DNA of 64,000 nt from positions 29,202,001 to 29,266,000 of the forward strand of contig NC_043017.1 in NCBI RefSeq assembly GCF_006345805.1, given 5' to 3'. The notes under the pieces are model-generated. The model ran no database searches. It worked only from the letters and a program-made list of their open reading frames with translations, and was not told the origin of the DNA. Position 1 is the first letter of the stretch, and every line of letters begins with the position of its first letter. The position numbers and the translations under genes were made by a program. Below, piece after piece: positions 14,036-28,913 of the stretch. This DNA is from Octopus sinensis. Lineage: Eukaryota.

Positions 14036-14309
14036 ATGTAGGATAAAAAATTTTTCGAAGAAAAAAAATTTATCAATTGCCAGCATATTAAAAAATACTT
14101 TTAACGGTAAAATTATAAGCAACTTTTAAAAGAAGGGCAAACGAAAAAAATTTCAAATCTCAAATATGCCGAAACTTGGACATATTGTCCATGAAAAATT
14201 ATATGGTTATGGACAATATGTCCAAGTTTCGGCATATTTGGCATTAGAAATTTTTTTCGTTTGCTCTTATTTATAAGTTATATATTTATATATAAGTTAT
14301 ATATCACGT

Positions 14310-14590
14310 GATCACGTGACCGACCAGACCATCAGATGCTGTTACACATCGCTGGTCACAATGCGTTCGCATTGTTTTTAGCCTTCGAATGACGGCACCC
14401 CACTGGCTAAGTGAGCAGGCCAACAGAAGAAAGAGTGAGAGAAAGAGTGGTGAAAGAGTACATCAGGTATCACCAAACCCTGCTGGAGCCTCGTGGAGCT
14501 TTTAGGTGTTTTCGCTCAATAAACACTCATCGAAACAGCGATCCTGCGACCGCGAGTCCGCTGCCCTAACCACTAGGCCATTGCGCCTCC
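14310..14590 (-). mobile_element. SINE family 4 variant
   Basis: Ends ...CCCTAACCACTAGGCCATTGCGCCTC (reverse-complement tRNA head), with an internal deletion relative to 37649. Confidence 0.75.
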
Positions 14591-15056
14591 ACAAGTTATA
14601 TATATATATATATTATATAGTATATTTACCGTCATCTTTTTCATCAATCACCATCGTCTCTACCAACACTATCAACAATACCATCATCTTCAACAAACTG
14701 CATATATATTAGTAATCTGTACAGTCTTCTGTTGCAGTTGGTTAGCACCTAATTAAGTTCCATGTAGCAGGTCTCTTTTCGAAACCATTCGCGCTTTTAT
14801 CCTACAAATATCTAAACAGTGACTATCTTGCCAGCCACTGTGGAAATATAATATTGAATGTATGGATATTTTATCGTAGAGAGACGGCTGTGTTCTTAGA
14901 GAGATTGAATTGTTATCATTTGCTGAGCTAAAAAATAGCTATTCGTATCTATCATGTCTCTCCACTTCGCATAAATTCGTGAGGTTTTCAAGTTGCAGCT
15001 TCAGTAATTATATTTGGTTTTATTTAACTGTGTATGTACGTATGCATCAATGTACG

Positions 15057-15088
<32 letters not shown>

Positions 15089-15230
15089 TGTATGTAGACA
15101 CACGAACACACACGTGTGATAGATAGATAGATTGAGTGCGGGAGGAAGGGGTGGAGGGATGGATAGATGGATACATGCATGAATGCATGAATTATGGGAG
15201 GGAGGGATAGACAGAAGGATAGATAGATAA

Positions 15231-15276
<46 letters not shown>

Positions 15277-15289
15277 GATAAATAGATAT

Positions 15290-15454
15290 GTTTCCTTATT
15301 AGCCAGACTGGGCTGCACACAGACGGGACAAATTACAAGGTAGAGCTTTTCTTTTCGGGGATAAAAAAATGGGGTTCGATTTTCGATTAAAAGGGGTCGT
15401 AAAAGGAAAGAAAGAGGAAAGAAAAAAAGGGGGAATAAAAATAAAAGGAAAAAG

Positions 15455-15548
<94 letters not shown>

Positions 15549-15744
15549 CGTGGGTGGATGGATGGAGCGCGGGAGGGAGGGAGTTATGTATGGGTGGATG
15601 GATTCATGGATGCATGGATGGATTGTGGGAGAGAAGGAGGAATAGATAGAAGGATAGATAGATGGATATATAGACAGATTGACAGACAAACAGACAGACA
15701 GATAGATAGAGAGATAAATAAATAAATAAATAGATAGATAGATG

Positions 15745-15821
<77 letters not shown>

Positions 15822-15852
15822 ATAAATAAATAAATAAATAGATAGATAGATG

Positions 15853-15885
<33 letters not shown>

Positions 15886-16230
15886 ATAAATAAATACATA
15901 GATAGATAGATGGATATATTTGTTTCTTTATTAGCCACACAGGGCTGCACACAGATAGAACAAATTACAAGGTAGAGCTTTTCTTTTGAAGGTTTAAAAA
16001 AAAAAAAAAAACAGGGGGAGTTTTCGATCAAAATGGATCGTAAAAGGAGAGAAAGAGGACAAAAAAAGGGGGGTTAAAAAAATGGGGAGAGGAAAAAATT
16101 GTTCAATAGGATCGTTATCACAGAAATGTCAATATGAAGTTAAAGGGGAGGACAGGTGAGGTTTACCCGTGGAAAGAAAAGCCTACGGAAAAAGTCCACG
16201 GTAACCTCGGTCAATGGAGTCACATGTTAT
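15290..16230 (-). mobile_element. Two tandem 3' ends of the (GATA)n-associated element separated by a (GATA)n array (15456-15912)
   Basis: TTTCYTTATTAGCCA.AC.GGGCTGCACACAGA..G.ACAAATTACAAGGTAGAGCTTTTCTTTT at 15290 and 15922, each directly after (GATA)n. Confidence 0.7.
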
Positions 16231-16358
16231 ATTTTTTTTTTTTTTTTTGCGAATAAGCAACTCTCTGTTTCAATTTCGGGTTCATATGATCATGCTCAAG
16301 CGGCTTCGTCATTCATACGTGCCATTCTTGCTACATTCACCCATCTTTTTTAAAACAT

Positions 16359-16460
<102 letters not shown>

Positions 16461-17563
16461 TTGTAGTACACATGTATACTTGTAAAGTTATCTCTTTTAA
16501 CATTGTAAAAATGTCAATAATTTTATAACGTGGCTGATTGATTTTCTTCTACCTGACAATACCTCTAATTGCTTACACCATCTCATTCCATTTAGTAACA
16601 TATTTCAAAATTTGACTTTTCAGAAACGTATCTGTCATTTCATTCATTACAAATATTAGAGATTTTCCCGTCTTTAGTAGTATTTCTAATATTCTTCTAT
16701 CTCACACTTCCTCATCTCTCACTCCCTCCCTCTCTCTCTCTTTCTGTCTCTCCCCCTCTCTCTAATTCAACACTCTTTCTACTCCAATCCAACACAGATA
16801 CTTTCTTTTTTTCTTTCGATCCTCACAATCTCACATTCTATAAATCTAACGCATTTTTGTTACATTAACATGTTGACAACTGCCCAGATATGATTTTATA
16901 ACGCATATCTCACTTTGTATTTTCTTCTGTGTGGACATGTTCGGTCACTATACTCAATCAGTAAGATGCATTTCAATAAGCATTATTGAATGAACATTTA
17001 TTTCTATGGTTCATTTAATTGCCTTGTAAACCTAACAGTATCTCCATGCATGTTCGAAGCAACTGGAAACGAGAAAAAAACAAATGAAAGTTTGAATCTG
17101 ATCGTTATATTTTAAACTTTTATTTATTTATATATCTATTTATTTTCAATTTCTGAAACTTCGAAAATATTTCATAATTTTCTTCAGGAATATTTTAAAA
17201 ACAATGAAGATAATTTTTAGCTGTGTTTCTATTTTATTTCGTGTGTGTTTAAATGTTCCATTGTGATTGTTTTTCCAATAATTATTTTGCTGTATTCCAA
17301 ATATATTCCTACATTTTATGAGAGAGAGAAAAATAGAAAGAAAAATGAATTCTATAATTATTTACATTTAAATTAAGTCGAGTTCTTATTACTATAAATT
17401 CGAATAACAAGATTTTGCATCTCTTTATTTCTGAGGAGGAAACATTTCCAGCGATTTAATCTATTAATTACGTTTGTGCAAAATATTTCGTAACGAACAA
17501 AAGTACAATCAAAGGAAGGCAACAATATAAGCCTGCATATATTTATACATACAAATGTGTGCA

Positions 17564-17633
<70 letters not shown>

Positions 17634-17653
17634 TATAATAATATAGATATATA

Positions 17654-17730
<77 letters not shown>

Positions 17731-17896
17731 TTATATATATATATATAGAGAGAGAGAGATGGAGGAGGAGAGAGAGGGAAGAGAGATATACACACATATA
17801 TGTATAGATACTTTCATTGTAAATAAATATGTTCGTAGGTGTTTATATATATAAATGTATATGCATATATATATATATGTGTATATATATATATAT

Positions 17897-17974
<78 letters not shown>

Positions 17975-18241
17975 ATATAGATATGTGTGTGTATATATAC
18001 ATATACATATATATATATATACATTATATACATATATAAACTATATATATATATATATATATATTATAACAGAGAAAGAGAGAGACAAAAGGAAAAAGGA
18101 GTAAGGAGGAGAAATTAATAATCGACATGTTATGTTACTATATATACACACACACACATTATATATATACACACACACATAGATATATATACACATATAT
18201 ATACATACATACATACATAAATGCATGCATACGTACATGCA

Positions 18242-18274
<33 letters not shown>

Positions 18275-18777
18275 GTTTTCATTTAAAGTATTATTGATTC
18301 ATTTTTTTCTTATTGATTTTTATATTTGCATCACTAAGAAAGAAATATTATACTGAATAAGATATGAATAGTTTCATTTTTTCGGTATTCTTCGTGGATT
18401 TACCACATCATGATTTCGTATTTCTTTGCTTTTCAGGATAAAACATGAAAGTTTATTTAAATTAGCTTCGATTCTGTTGATAATAAATACACAAAGACAC
18501 ATCTGCTATTAACCATTCCTATCACGCTAGCAACCCAAACGGCTTGTGTATGTATACGTTGGTTAGATAAAGCAACGAAGGTAAAAATGACACATTATTC
18601 TGAAAACGTATTAAATGAAAAAAAAAAAAAAGGAGAATAAGAGAAACGTATCAAGTGGAAGCTTGAAAGAAAATTATTTTCACTTCAAGACATATTTATG
18701 CTATGTAGAGCCAAACTATATTTAAATCTCTATTCTTTTAGATCAGTATTTTTGATGTATTCCCAACATAATGAACA

Positions 18778-19051
18778 TAACAGCAACAACAACAACAACA
18801 ACAATAATAATAATAATAATAATAATAACAATAATTATGATAATAATAATAATAGTAATAATAAGAATAATAAATAATAATAATGATAAAAATAATGAAA
18901 ATAAAATGAATATGTAAATACGGATTTGTACGATAAAAATATACACACATTCATACACAAAGATAAACACACACACACACACACACCATACAAACACACA
19001 CACACATACAAACACGCACACACACACACACATATATATCTATATATATAC

Positions 19052-19120
<69 letters not shown>

Positions 19121-19700
19121 AATTATGGTAACAAAATTATTGTAAGGAGTTGTATTACAATAACCAGAAAATAAATAAACAATAATAGCCATAATAATAA
19201 TAATAATAACATTAATACTGATGATAATAATAATAATGATAATTTCTAATTATTACCATAATAATTGACTAAAATAGTCATAAAGATGATGGCTTTGAAA
19301 AGAATGAAGCTAGTAATCAGTAGTTTCGTAGAGGTGGTAGTGGTGGCGGAGTTGTTGTTGTTGTTGTTGTAGTTGTGGTGGTGGTGGCGGCGGTGGTGGT
19401 GGGGGCGGTTGGTAGTTGTGAAATGTGCGGCTTTGATAGAGATAATGAAGGTGTTGTCAGTTGGTGATGGCGACGATGCTTCTGAAGTTCCTGAGGATGA
19501 TGATGAGGGATGACGATGATGACGATAATGATAATAAGTAGGAGGAGGAGAAGGGGTAGGTGGTGGTGGTGGAGGAGGAGGAGGCGAGGAGGAAGTGGAA
19601 GAAGACGTGGGTGGTGGTGATGACGCTGAACTTCTTGATGGTTGCAATAAGTAACACAATAATCACAAATCGGTGGATGATGCAAACAAGGATAATATAT
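18778..19700. repeat. Trinucleotide low-complexity region (AAT, AAC, GGT, GAT, GAG) with CA/TA/GA tracts
   Basis: Directly visible. Plus-strand frames contain stops, and the minus-strand ORFs are homopolymeric. Confidence 0.85.
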
Positions 19701-19795
19701 TTGCTAATAAATGCACAAAACATGTCAAGTTCGATAAAGCGTGGGAGCAGGTATATTTAATTAAACCAGCTCCATTTACTGAGTGTAACTGAATA

Positions 19796-20207
19796 GGCAC
19801 AGGAGTGGCTGTGTGGTAAGTAGCTTGCTAACCAACCACATGGCTCCAGGTTCAGTCCCACTGCGTGGCATCTTGGGCAAGTGCCTTCTGCTATAGCCCC
19901 GGGCCGACCAATGCCTTGTGAGTGGATTTGGTAGACGGAAACTGAAAGAAGACCGTCCTATATATGTATAATATATATATGTGTGTGTGTTTGTGTGCCT
20001 GTGTTTGTCCCCCTAGCATTGCTTGACAACCGATGCTGTGTGTTTGTTTACGTCCCCGTCACTCAGCGGTTCGGCAAAAAAGACGATAAATAGAATAAGT
20101 ACTGGGCTTACAAAGAATAAGTCCCGGGGTCGATTTGCTCGACTAAGGGCGGTGCTCCAGCATGGCCGCAGTCAAATGACTGAAACAAGTAAAAGAGTAA
20201 AAAGAGT
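19796..20207 (+). mobile_element. SINE family 1, full length
   Basis: All four parts present. Confidence 0.93.
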
Positions 20208-20950
20208 ATGACCCTTGAAAACAGGAAAGCGAATTTTCACCACGGTGTTTCAACTCAGGACGGGATGTCCCGAAGAAAGTAACATCTTTCTTGTTTAGGC
20301 ACCAAAGACTGAAATTTAAGTGGGTGGGATGCAAATCGATTACATCAACTCCAGTGTTCAGGTGTGCTTATTTGATCGACCTCAAAAGGATGTAAGGTAA
20401 TAATGTCACAGAACGATAGCTGAAATTGTCGTTTCAAATTTTGGCCCCAGATACGCAATTTCGAGGAAAGGATTAAGTCGATTAAATCGACCCCATTCTT
20501 CAAATGTATGTACCACAGGGGTTGATATAATCGATTTAGCCTCACCCCTTTGCCACATTAGAGAAATTTCTGACCTAGTACCAATATTAGAAACCAATAT
20601 TTTCGCGAAGAGATCCAATATATGTTATGAACCTTCTAAATGCTGAAATATAGGTATAAGAAATTTCTTGTGCAAGCCATATTTTTCAACGAGGAACGTT
20701 ATGTGGTTTGCATGGTATTTTTTTTACTATTTAATTGATGTGTGGCTGTTATGTGCATAGGGAGAATCTTAAGTGGTCGAGACTGATGAAGAATGGGGTC
20801 GACCCTAACCCTATATTGCTGATCCCAAAAGGCAAAGCAGATCTCGACGAAATTTGTACTCAGAATCTAAAGACGGAGGAAATGGTGCTAAGTCTTTTAA
20901 CCGGCCTGCTGAAGATTCCGCCCGTTCGGGAGCACTAACTATACTGACGC

Positions 20951-21086
20951 ATTGTGGCTGTGTGGTAAGTAACTTCCTTACCAATCACATGATTCCGGGT
21001 TCAGTCCCACTGCTCGGTACCTTGGGCAAGTGTCTTCTACTATAGCCTGGGGCCGACCAAAGCCTTGTGAGTGGATTTGGTAGACG

Positions 21087-21145
<59 letters not shown>

Positions 21146-21410
21146 ATGTGTGTGTGTGTCTGTGTGTGTATGTGTGTGTGTGTGTGTGTGTGTGCGTGTG
21201 CATATGTGTTTGAGTGTCTGTGTTTGTCCTCCCAACATCGCTTGACAACCCCTGCTGGTGTGTTTACGTCCACGTAACTTAGCGGATCGGCCAAAGAGAC
21301 CGATAGAATAAGTACTAGGCTTACAAAGAATAAGACCTGGAGTCGATTTGCTCGATTAAGGCGGTGCTCCAGCATGGCCACAGTCAAATGACTGAAACAA
21401 GTAAAAGAGT
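20951..21410 (+). mobile_element. SINE family 1 with expanded internal microsatellite
   Basis: Head, shortened central block, ~140 nt of (TA)(TG), and tail. Confidence 0.9.
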
Positions 21411-22539
21411 AATTATATTAATAATATTATTCATTTCCAAAGTTAGCACAATGAATTTTATTTACTGTTTATTCAAAGAATTTGAAATTACGAACAGATT
21501 ATATTATTAGAATTACTTAATATTTTAACTTACCGATCACAAAATCTTAAACGGCAAAGGCAATATCTAACAGGATTTGAACGCCGAATGTACTAGGATG
21601 GAAGAAAATAAAGCATATCATTTTGTTCGACGCGTTATCGATTATACCAATTCACTATCTCGATCATTGATAAAAAGAGTGTTAATAATTATAGATAGTA
21701 ACAAAATAAATCTCGTAATTGAATCATATTTCTGTTTATTTCTTTTTAACATCCATTGTGAGAATGCATCGCAGTGTTATTTTTCCTCTTTATACAGTAC
21801 AGGAATTATTATTGGATATTTAATAGATTCATGAAATATTATTGGCCATTCCCAGTAAAAAAAAAAACAAACAGGAAAAAACGATATATTTATATGAGGC
21901 AATATAAAAACAGAACAACACAATTATACAAGATGAACACAATTTGTGTTTGATTTCCCCAGAAATAGTCACGTCCTACGGTTGACTAATCAGTATCGGT
22001 TCATGTTTAAATCGTGTTCCTCTCGGACTAGCAACTGACTGAATAAAACATATGCTCCTAACATAAATTACATCTGAATACCAGCTCCGATCGTACGCAC
22101 ACGAACATATAGCCATAAACAAATAGATACATACGCAAATGTGTGTGCATCTATGTATGAGTTTGTGCATAGGGATATAAATACAAACATGCATGTAAAC
22201 CAATATATATATATATATATATATTTGTGTGTGTGCTTGTGTGTATGCATGTGTGGGTGTGCGAGCGCACGTTTGCATATACAGATATAAACACATGTAC
22301 AAGCAAAGAGAGCTTCTTTTATAGTGATGGAAGATATGAGATGTTAGTAGTAGATGTACGGCAAAACTTTTAGCACTTGACAGTAAATGAAGAAAAAAAG
22401 AGTAAATATAAAGTGTATTTGTGTAACACGCCTCCAAAGGACACAAATAGACCATCAACTGACAAACACAATCTCACTAACAAATTCATACAGATGATAA
22501 ATACATACATATGTATATATAATATAATATATATATATA

Positions 22540-22586
<47 letters not shown>

Positions 22587-22589
22587 ATT

Positions 22590-22815
22590 ATATATAATAT
22601 AAAGTTAATCCAAACAAGAAAGCACATAATAACACAACGCGAGGACTTGGAACAAGTATAGTATTATTGGACGCTCAAGAAAAAAGGAAAGAAGGAGGGT
22701 TTAACGTTTCGAGCGGAGCTCTTCGTCGGAAACATAGGAGAAGGAAAGATCCAGAGAAGGGAAAACAGAGGAAAAAATCGCCAACGGTACACACGCGGTC
22801 ACATTTTGAAAGATG
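22590..22815 (-). mobile_element. PLE-type terminal-repeat fragment (family A) with hammerhead-like motif at 22699-22733
   Basis: Minus strand GTTT-CCGACGA-A-GAGC(TCC)GCTC-GAAAC-GT-T-AAAC. Flanked by (TA)n. Confidence 0.65.
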
Positions 22816-23723
22816 GATATACATATATATATATATATATGTCGCATTTAAGAATGGTCATGTTGCAAGTTTAGCCAATAAAAACACACGCCCTATATAT
22901 TTGGTGTTAATTTGCTTCAGCTATGTTGACCCCGTATTGCAATTATCAAATTTTCGAGATATTTACTTCAAGCCATAAAATGTTTCTTGCATAATATCTG
23001 GACGCCAACCCCAGGCCAAATAAGCTGATGATTAATTATAATGCGTTATATCGTATGTCATCCTACTCGAAGTTGATTACATCTCATGTTTAATTATTAA
23101 TAGAATGTTTCAATGAATGAAGCAGTGTTACTTTTATTTTTCCACCTACTGCAAAAGGTAATCACTTAAAAAAACACCTGAAGATCTTTAAATACCTACT
23201 GAGTTGTCACTAAATGTCTTACTATCTATTTAACAAAAGCCAATGCGTTCTCGTGAGCTTCAAAAGGTAATATTGACACCATTGCTAGTGAATGTATTTG
23301 AATAAAAGGTTCTATGCTTGTATCACGTCTTAGCAGAACTCTACTGCAGTTAGATCGACATAAGCATTATGCTTTACCAGGAACTGAATCTGGAATATGT
23401 CTCTTGGCATTAATCGTTTCAGTCAAAAGCGAAAACGATACAAAATCTCTGAATGTTCGTTTTATACTTGAAGTTTTATGGCATTTATCTTATAATATGC
23501 TCGTAACACTGGAATCGCTTCCAAGAGCAGTTCTTCACAAAATAGGAAGACAATGCTTGCTGTAGAGAATATAAGCTCTGCATTGTCGCAAAAGCTTTGA
23601 CCAACATATTTCAAAATGTCATTTTAACTTGCTAATCTGTTTACACTTGTTTATAATATTTGTACACTTCCCCTCATTCTCATTATATTTATTGTACATA
23701 TTAATATTTTACTTGTCATTTTA

Positions 23724-23940
23724 GATGGCGAGCTGGCAGAGTATTAAACGCATCGGGAAAGATGCTTAGCGGCATTTCGTCCATGTTACCGTTCTGAGTT
23801 CAAATCCCACCGAAGTCGACTTTACTTTTTATCCTTTCTGGGATGATAAAATAAGTACCAACTGAGTACTTGGGTCGATGTAATCGACATAATCCTTCAT
23901 CCAAAATTGCTGGCCTTGTACCAAAGTTTGAAACGATTTG
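23724..23940 (+). mobile_element. SINE family 2
   Basis: GGCGAGCTGGCAGAG head and GTCGACTTTAC..ATCCTTTCTGGGATGATAAAATAAGTACC block. Confidence 0.8.
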
Positions 23941-25026
23941 TGTGCTGATCTTTAAAGATGACAATTATTTTTAATATTCTTTACAATGATTACAATATAT
24001 TTCTAATCTTCGATATAATCTAGTCTGATATTTTACATGAGTGGCAAGATTGAAGGAATGTGACGTCAGTGTTGATGAAGAGAAATTTGGAAATTATAGC
24101 CATATAAAATTATAATTTTTTTACACATCAAAAAGATATCAAGAAGAAAATGAAACGAAAGCAGCTGCTGTATATTTCCATATTCTACTTAACGCTAACC
24201 AACATAATTCTGATCTCTTTTAGTAAACTATAGAAAATTGAGCATTTTACCATTCTTAGTAAAACAGATCATTCACAGATACCATAACAAAACCTCTTTT
24301 CAATGTTTTGAAATTGTGTGTCATCATCTGACAAAATTTATTCATAACCAGATGGAATTACAGAGAAAATTCCGGAAAACACTAGACTTCATGAATGAAT
24401 AAATAGCAAATAAATAAATAAATAAATAAGTGCAGTGTAAGTTTACAAGATATTTGAAAAAAAAATTATAATAACCATTCAAAAGAAACTTAAAAATTAC
24501 GCCAGAGCGAAATACCACATTCTTCATTCTTATGTATCTTATAGACACGATAACACATTTCCTGCTTTCAAACTACGCGTCACATTTTCATGCATTTCTT
24601 TTTACAAAGCGTATTATATTTTTTCTTTCCGGCAAATACGAGAGAAAACTCCGGACGTATTTAGATTTTATTTTGACTTCGTCGGTGATGAATAATTTTC
24701 AGTTTAAAAAAGTTACGGTTTAATGTTCCATGCATTAAATCTACTGACACAATCTTAACTATTATTTTTTTCAACTTCTACTGTCTTAGAAGTATATAGA
24801 CCATTATAATTTTAACTAGCAATGAAAGCGTATTTTTTTTAATAAATTATTCTCATCCTTAAGATATACAGTTCCTGTAATTGAATATAATTAAGTGTTG
24901 TGTTGAATTACTATTTTTTTCATGTGTAGTTAACTAAATGTAACATCAAAAGTATCATAGAGGCATCCAAAAAACCTACAAAAAACTTTCTTCCATTTTC
25001 AATTCTACATCTGTAAAAATCTATCC

Positions 25027-25080
<54 letters not shown>

Positions 25081-25163
25081 ATATATATATATAATATATA
25101 TATATATTATATATATATATATATATAATATATATCTATATTATATTATATATATATATATAT

Positions 25164-25395
25164 GAGGCGGCGAGCTGGCAGAAACGTTAGCGCGCCGGGC
25201 GAAATGCTTAAGGGTATTTCGTCTGTCGTTACGTTCTGAATTCAAATTCCGCCGAGGTCGACTTTCTTTGCTTTCACCTTTCGGGATCGATAAATAAAGT
25301 ACCAGTTTCGCACTGGGGTCGAATGTAATCGACTTAAGCCCCTTGTCTGTCCTTGTTTGTCTTCTCTATATTTAGCCCCTTGTGGGCAATAATGA
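25164..25395 (+). mobile_element. SINE family 2 (Meta-domain-like), good copy
   Basis: GAGGCGGCGAGCTGGCAGAAACGTTAGC...GTTCTGAATTCAAATTCCGCCGAGGTCGACTTT...CCTTTCGGGATCGATAAATAAAGTACCAG. Confidence 0.9.
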
Positions 25396-25401
25396 AATAT
25401 A

Positions 25402-25434
<33 letters not shown>

Positions 25435-25436
25435 AT

Positions 25437-25635
25437 AAGGGGATAATTCACAAAAGTAAACAAAAAGACGAAGACAGGTGGTGCAGACAACAAACAAATA
25501 TTTTGGCATAACGCTCGGGAAGTGAAAAAGTCTTTAACATTTCGAGCCTACGCTCTTCCACAACAGAAAGGAACACAGAAAGAAACAAGGAGAGAAAATA
25601 CAGAATATGTAGTGGCTAGCGATCTAACATGGAAA
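25437..25635 (-). mobile_element. PLE-type terminal-repeat fragment (family B), degenerate hammerhead
   Basis: Homologous to 32407-32593 and 56110-56300 (GAAGAGCGTAGGCTCGAAA). Confidence 0.6.
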
Positions 25636-26689
25636 AATATATATGAAAGGTGGGAGAAGAAAATAAAAACAGGGATAGAAAGGACGTTTTTTTGTGAATT
25701 CTTCCCTATATATTTACCTATTTACACGTAGGTCTTTGTATATATGTATGTCTGTGTGTGTAAACGTATCTGTTGCTATCTACGTATTACACTATAGAAT
25801 TTAGCTATATATCTTCAACGTAACCTATACAAATCTTGAAGGATATTGTGTGTTTTCTTTTGACATTGCACGAACATTTAATCAACATATTATTAAATTT
25901 GCACATATTTTTTTCGAAACATTTAATGTTTCTAAATTGGAAATATTGTTTATGATACCCCCTCCACACACACACACACACGCACACACACATTTAATTT
26001 AAGCTGCTTTTGCAATGAATGCACGAAATAGCTTTTAATGGTGCATACAACGCTGTAAAAGCATTCATTAAGAAAGAGCCAACAATATACTTTTCTAATT
26101 GACACATCAGCCTTTGCATTTCCGAATTTTTGTCTCTTACTCAACTTCAGATTGTATCTTTCGAAATAGTTAGAAATCTGATGCGATAATTTGGTTCTTC
26201 TACTGATTGAGTGATTGATCCTGTTCTTCACTATTATATGATGCATTGGCGTGTAAACTGCTTTTATTTAAGTTCTAAAAGATGCGATCCATTAATAATT
26301 TATTCTTTTAAAAAGTCCTCGTATTACTTAACATCTGCTATAAATTTGTCCCGTTACAAGTTCGACTTATTGAACCACTTAGTATTGTTAATATTCAAAT
26401 GTGTTTTTAGAAACTTTTGATTCTTTTAAAATATGCCTTTTATATGCGCTGAGAAAAATCAAACAAACGTACATAAAAGCACATACATATATGAATTTAC
26501 ACTTGCGCCCATATGGTGTTTCATCAGAATAGTGCCAGGAACGCTTCGAAATCAGCATTGAAAAGAATTATCTTGCTTTTGCAGTCAACGAAGTAACGCC
26601 GAATGATGCTTCGTCATTAATTCGACTTTGTAAACTATTTTCATATTCTACTTAAGTATTTCAGTAAACCATAGATTCTGGGATCCCCT

Positions 26690-27010
26690 ACGGTCAAGAC
26701 ACAGACCATGGGATTGAACCTAGAAAATTACCCTCCCAGTCCGGGCAAGGTTGTTTATGGAAGACCAGCAGTCGCCCATGCATACTGGCTTCCCCTCTCC
26801 ATGGCACCGATGTTATCCAAGGGAAAGGCAAAGGGGCCGATACAGCTTGGCACCTGTGACGTCGCAACTCATTTCTACAGATGTGTGAACTGGAGCAATG
26901 TGAAATAAGGTGTCTTGCTCAAGAACACAACACGCAGCCCGGTCCGGATTCGAGCTCACAACCTCACAATCGTAAGCTCGACGCTCAACCACTGAGCCAT
27001 GCGCCTTCAC
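26690..27010 (-). mobile_element. SINE family 3 (CORE-like)
   Basis: Reverse complement of the 6711 family with an intact tRNA-like head. Confidence 0.88.
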
Positions 27011-27603
27011 AAACCATAGATAACTGTATTTTTTATCAGCCAGTCATAGCAAAACAAACCATTCACAGATGACCGTAACAAAATTTCCGCTGAATAATTT
27101 TATATTGTGTCTCATCCGACAAAATGAATTCATTACCGAGTATTATTGCTCATCAAAATCAGGAATGTCCTATTATGGTAAATAAATAGGTGTACGGGAC
27201 GCGAGATGTGCGTGCAATTGATTTTGACATTGCTACGGCTTACAAATTCATAGTATGTTGTGTGTCTACCTCAACACATGTAACGTAACAAAAGATATTA
27301 TACGGAATAATTAGTTCCCAGAAATACTCTGTGAATTTCAACATTTTGCTCTGGGCTACAAGCATAAGTTTCCTCAATCTTAGAGTAAATTGATATTCCT
27401 GCTCGAGTATTTATTAATTATATGTCCTTCTCAAAGAAATAGGAAGTAATATTCGTAAACACATTTCAGTCGATAAATTTACATCACTCCATTGCACTTC
27501 TCCAAATTCTTACCCGGTTAATTTTTGTCAATCAAAACACAAAATATATATACACGTCCTAAAATATATATATGTTATATCTATATATATCTATATATCT
27601 ATA

Positions 27604-27662
<59 letters not shown>

Positions 27663-27675
27663 ATATGTGCATATA

Positions 27676-27708
<33 letters not shown>

Positions 27709-28872
27709 AGAATGAATGTTTTTATATATAATGAACGTGAAATACAGGAAGGGACGAACACGGAACACAGACAAATCATTCGAAGCCTTCAATCTTCAGT
27801 CAGACACCGAATCATCATAGCAAATTTCGGCTGTTCAATTCTGATATTTGCTCCAACTCGGCCAGCCCCAAGAAAAAAAAATAAGCTGTAAGCATTAGAT
27901 TTCTTGGTAGAAGACAGGAATGTGAACGCACAAGACGGATGTGAATACAAGAGACGAGAACGAAATTGAAAACAGTAATGAATAAACAAAATATATATAA
28001 CGCTGGTTGTCATACGACTTTAGACCAAATGAGACAAAACAACAACAACAACATAGAGCTGGCGTAGAAATAATTACCGTTTCGGTAGCGGGGACACATG
28101 TTGGTCGAGATACGAAGGCCAAACAGAATGGTTGAAGAAGAAGCAGCAGGTCGCAGGGAGGAGAGAGAAAGAGAGACAGAGAGAGAGGGAATCAATGAGG
28201 GTGGAAGGCAGGGGACAGAATCAGTGACCAAGAGAAAAGGAGAAAGAAGGGATTAAGGAGGATGGGAGGAAGAGGGGAGGAGGATGGGAGGAAGAGAGGG
28301 GAAGAATCGGAGGGCGCCAAAAAGTTTGGTGAAGAAGCAATGGCGGGTAGTAATGTATACTTTAATTCTAAGAATGTTAGAGGTTGTGAATCCAACCAAC
28401 TAAGGGATAATATCTATCCAATATACTGCTGGTAGAATACCCAGTTATTAATACACAAGTGCTTTTTTATTACGTTGCAATTATATTACCAAGTGTATTA
28501 AATGGGTGAGGGTAAAGGGTTATTTTACCATTAATGTATACAGCAATAAGAAAATGGAGGGGATCAATAGGTGGTTCATCAACTTTTAGACATTATCTTA
28601 TGGCAATTTATTTATTTGATTACTAAAATGACAAGTACAAGAGTATACATACATGTATGATATTATGCTTACATATAAAATATAATAATTACTGCTGTCT
28701 TTATTATATTTTATATATATGCAAAGCATAATATGTTATACATGTATGTATATTCTTGTAATTCTCATTTTAGTAAATAAATAAATAAATTGACATGATA
28801 CAATGTCTAAAAGTTGATGAACCACCTATTGAACCCCCCATTTTCTTATTGCTCTCTCTCTCTCTCTCTCCC

Positions 28873-28913
<41 letters not shown>

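Noticed and set aside
19246-19760. Pro/His/Thr-rich and acidic ORFs suggesting an exon
   Set aside because: Mixed trinucleotide repeats, stops in the plus frames, no splice support and no recognisable domain.
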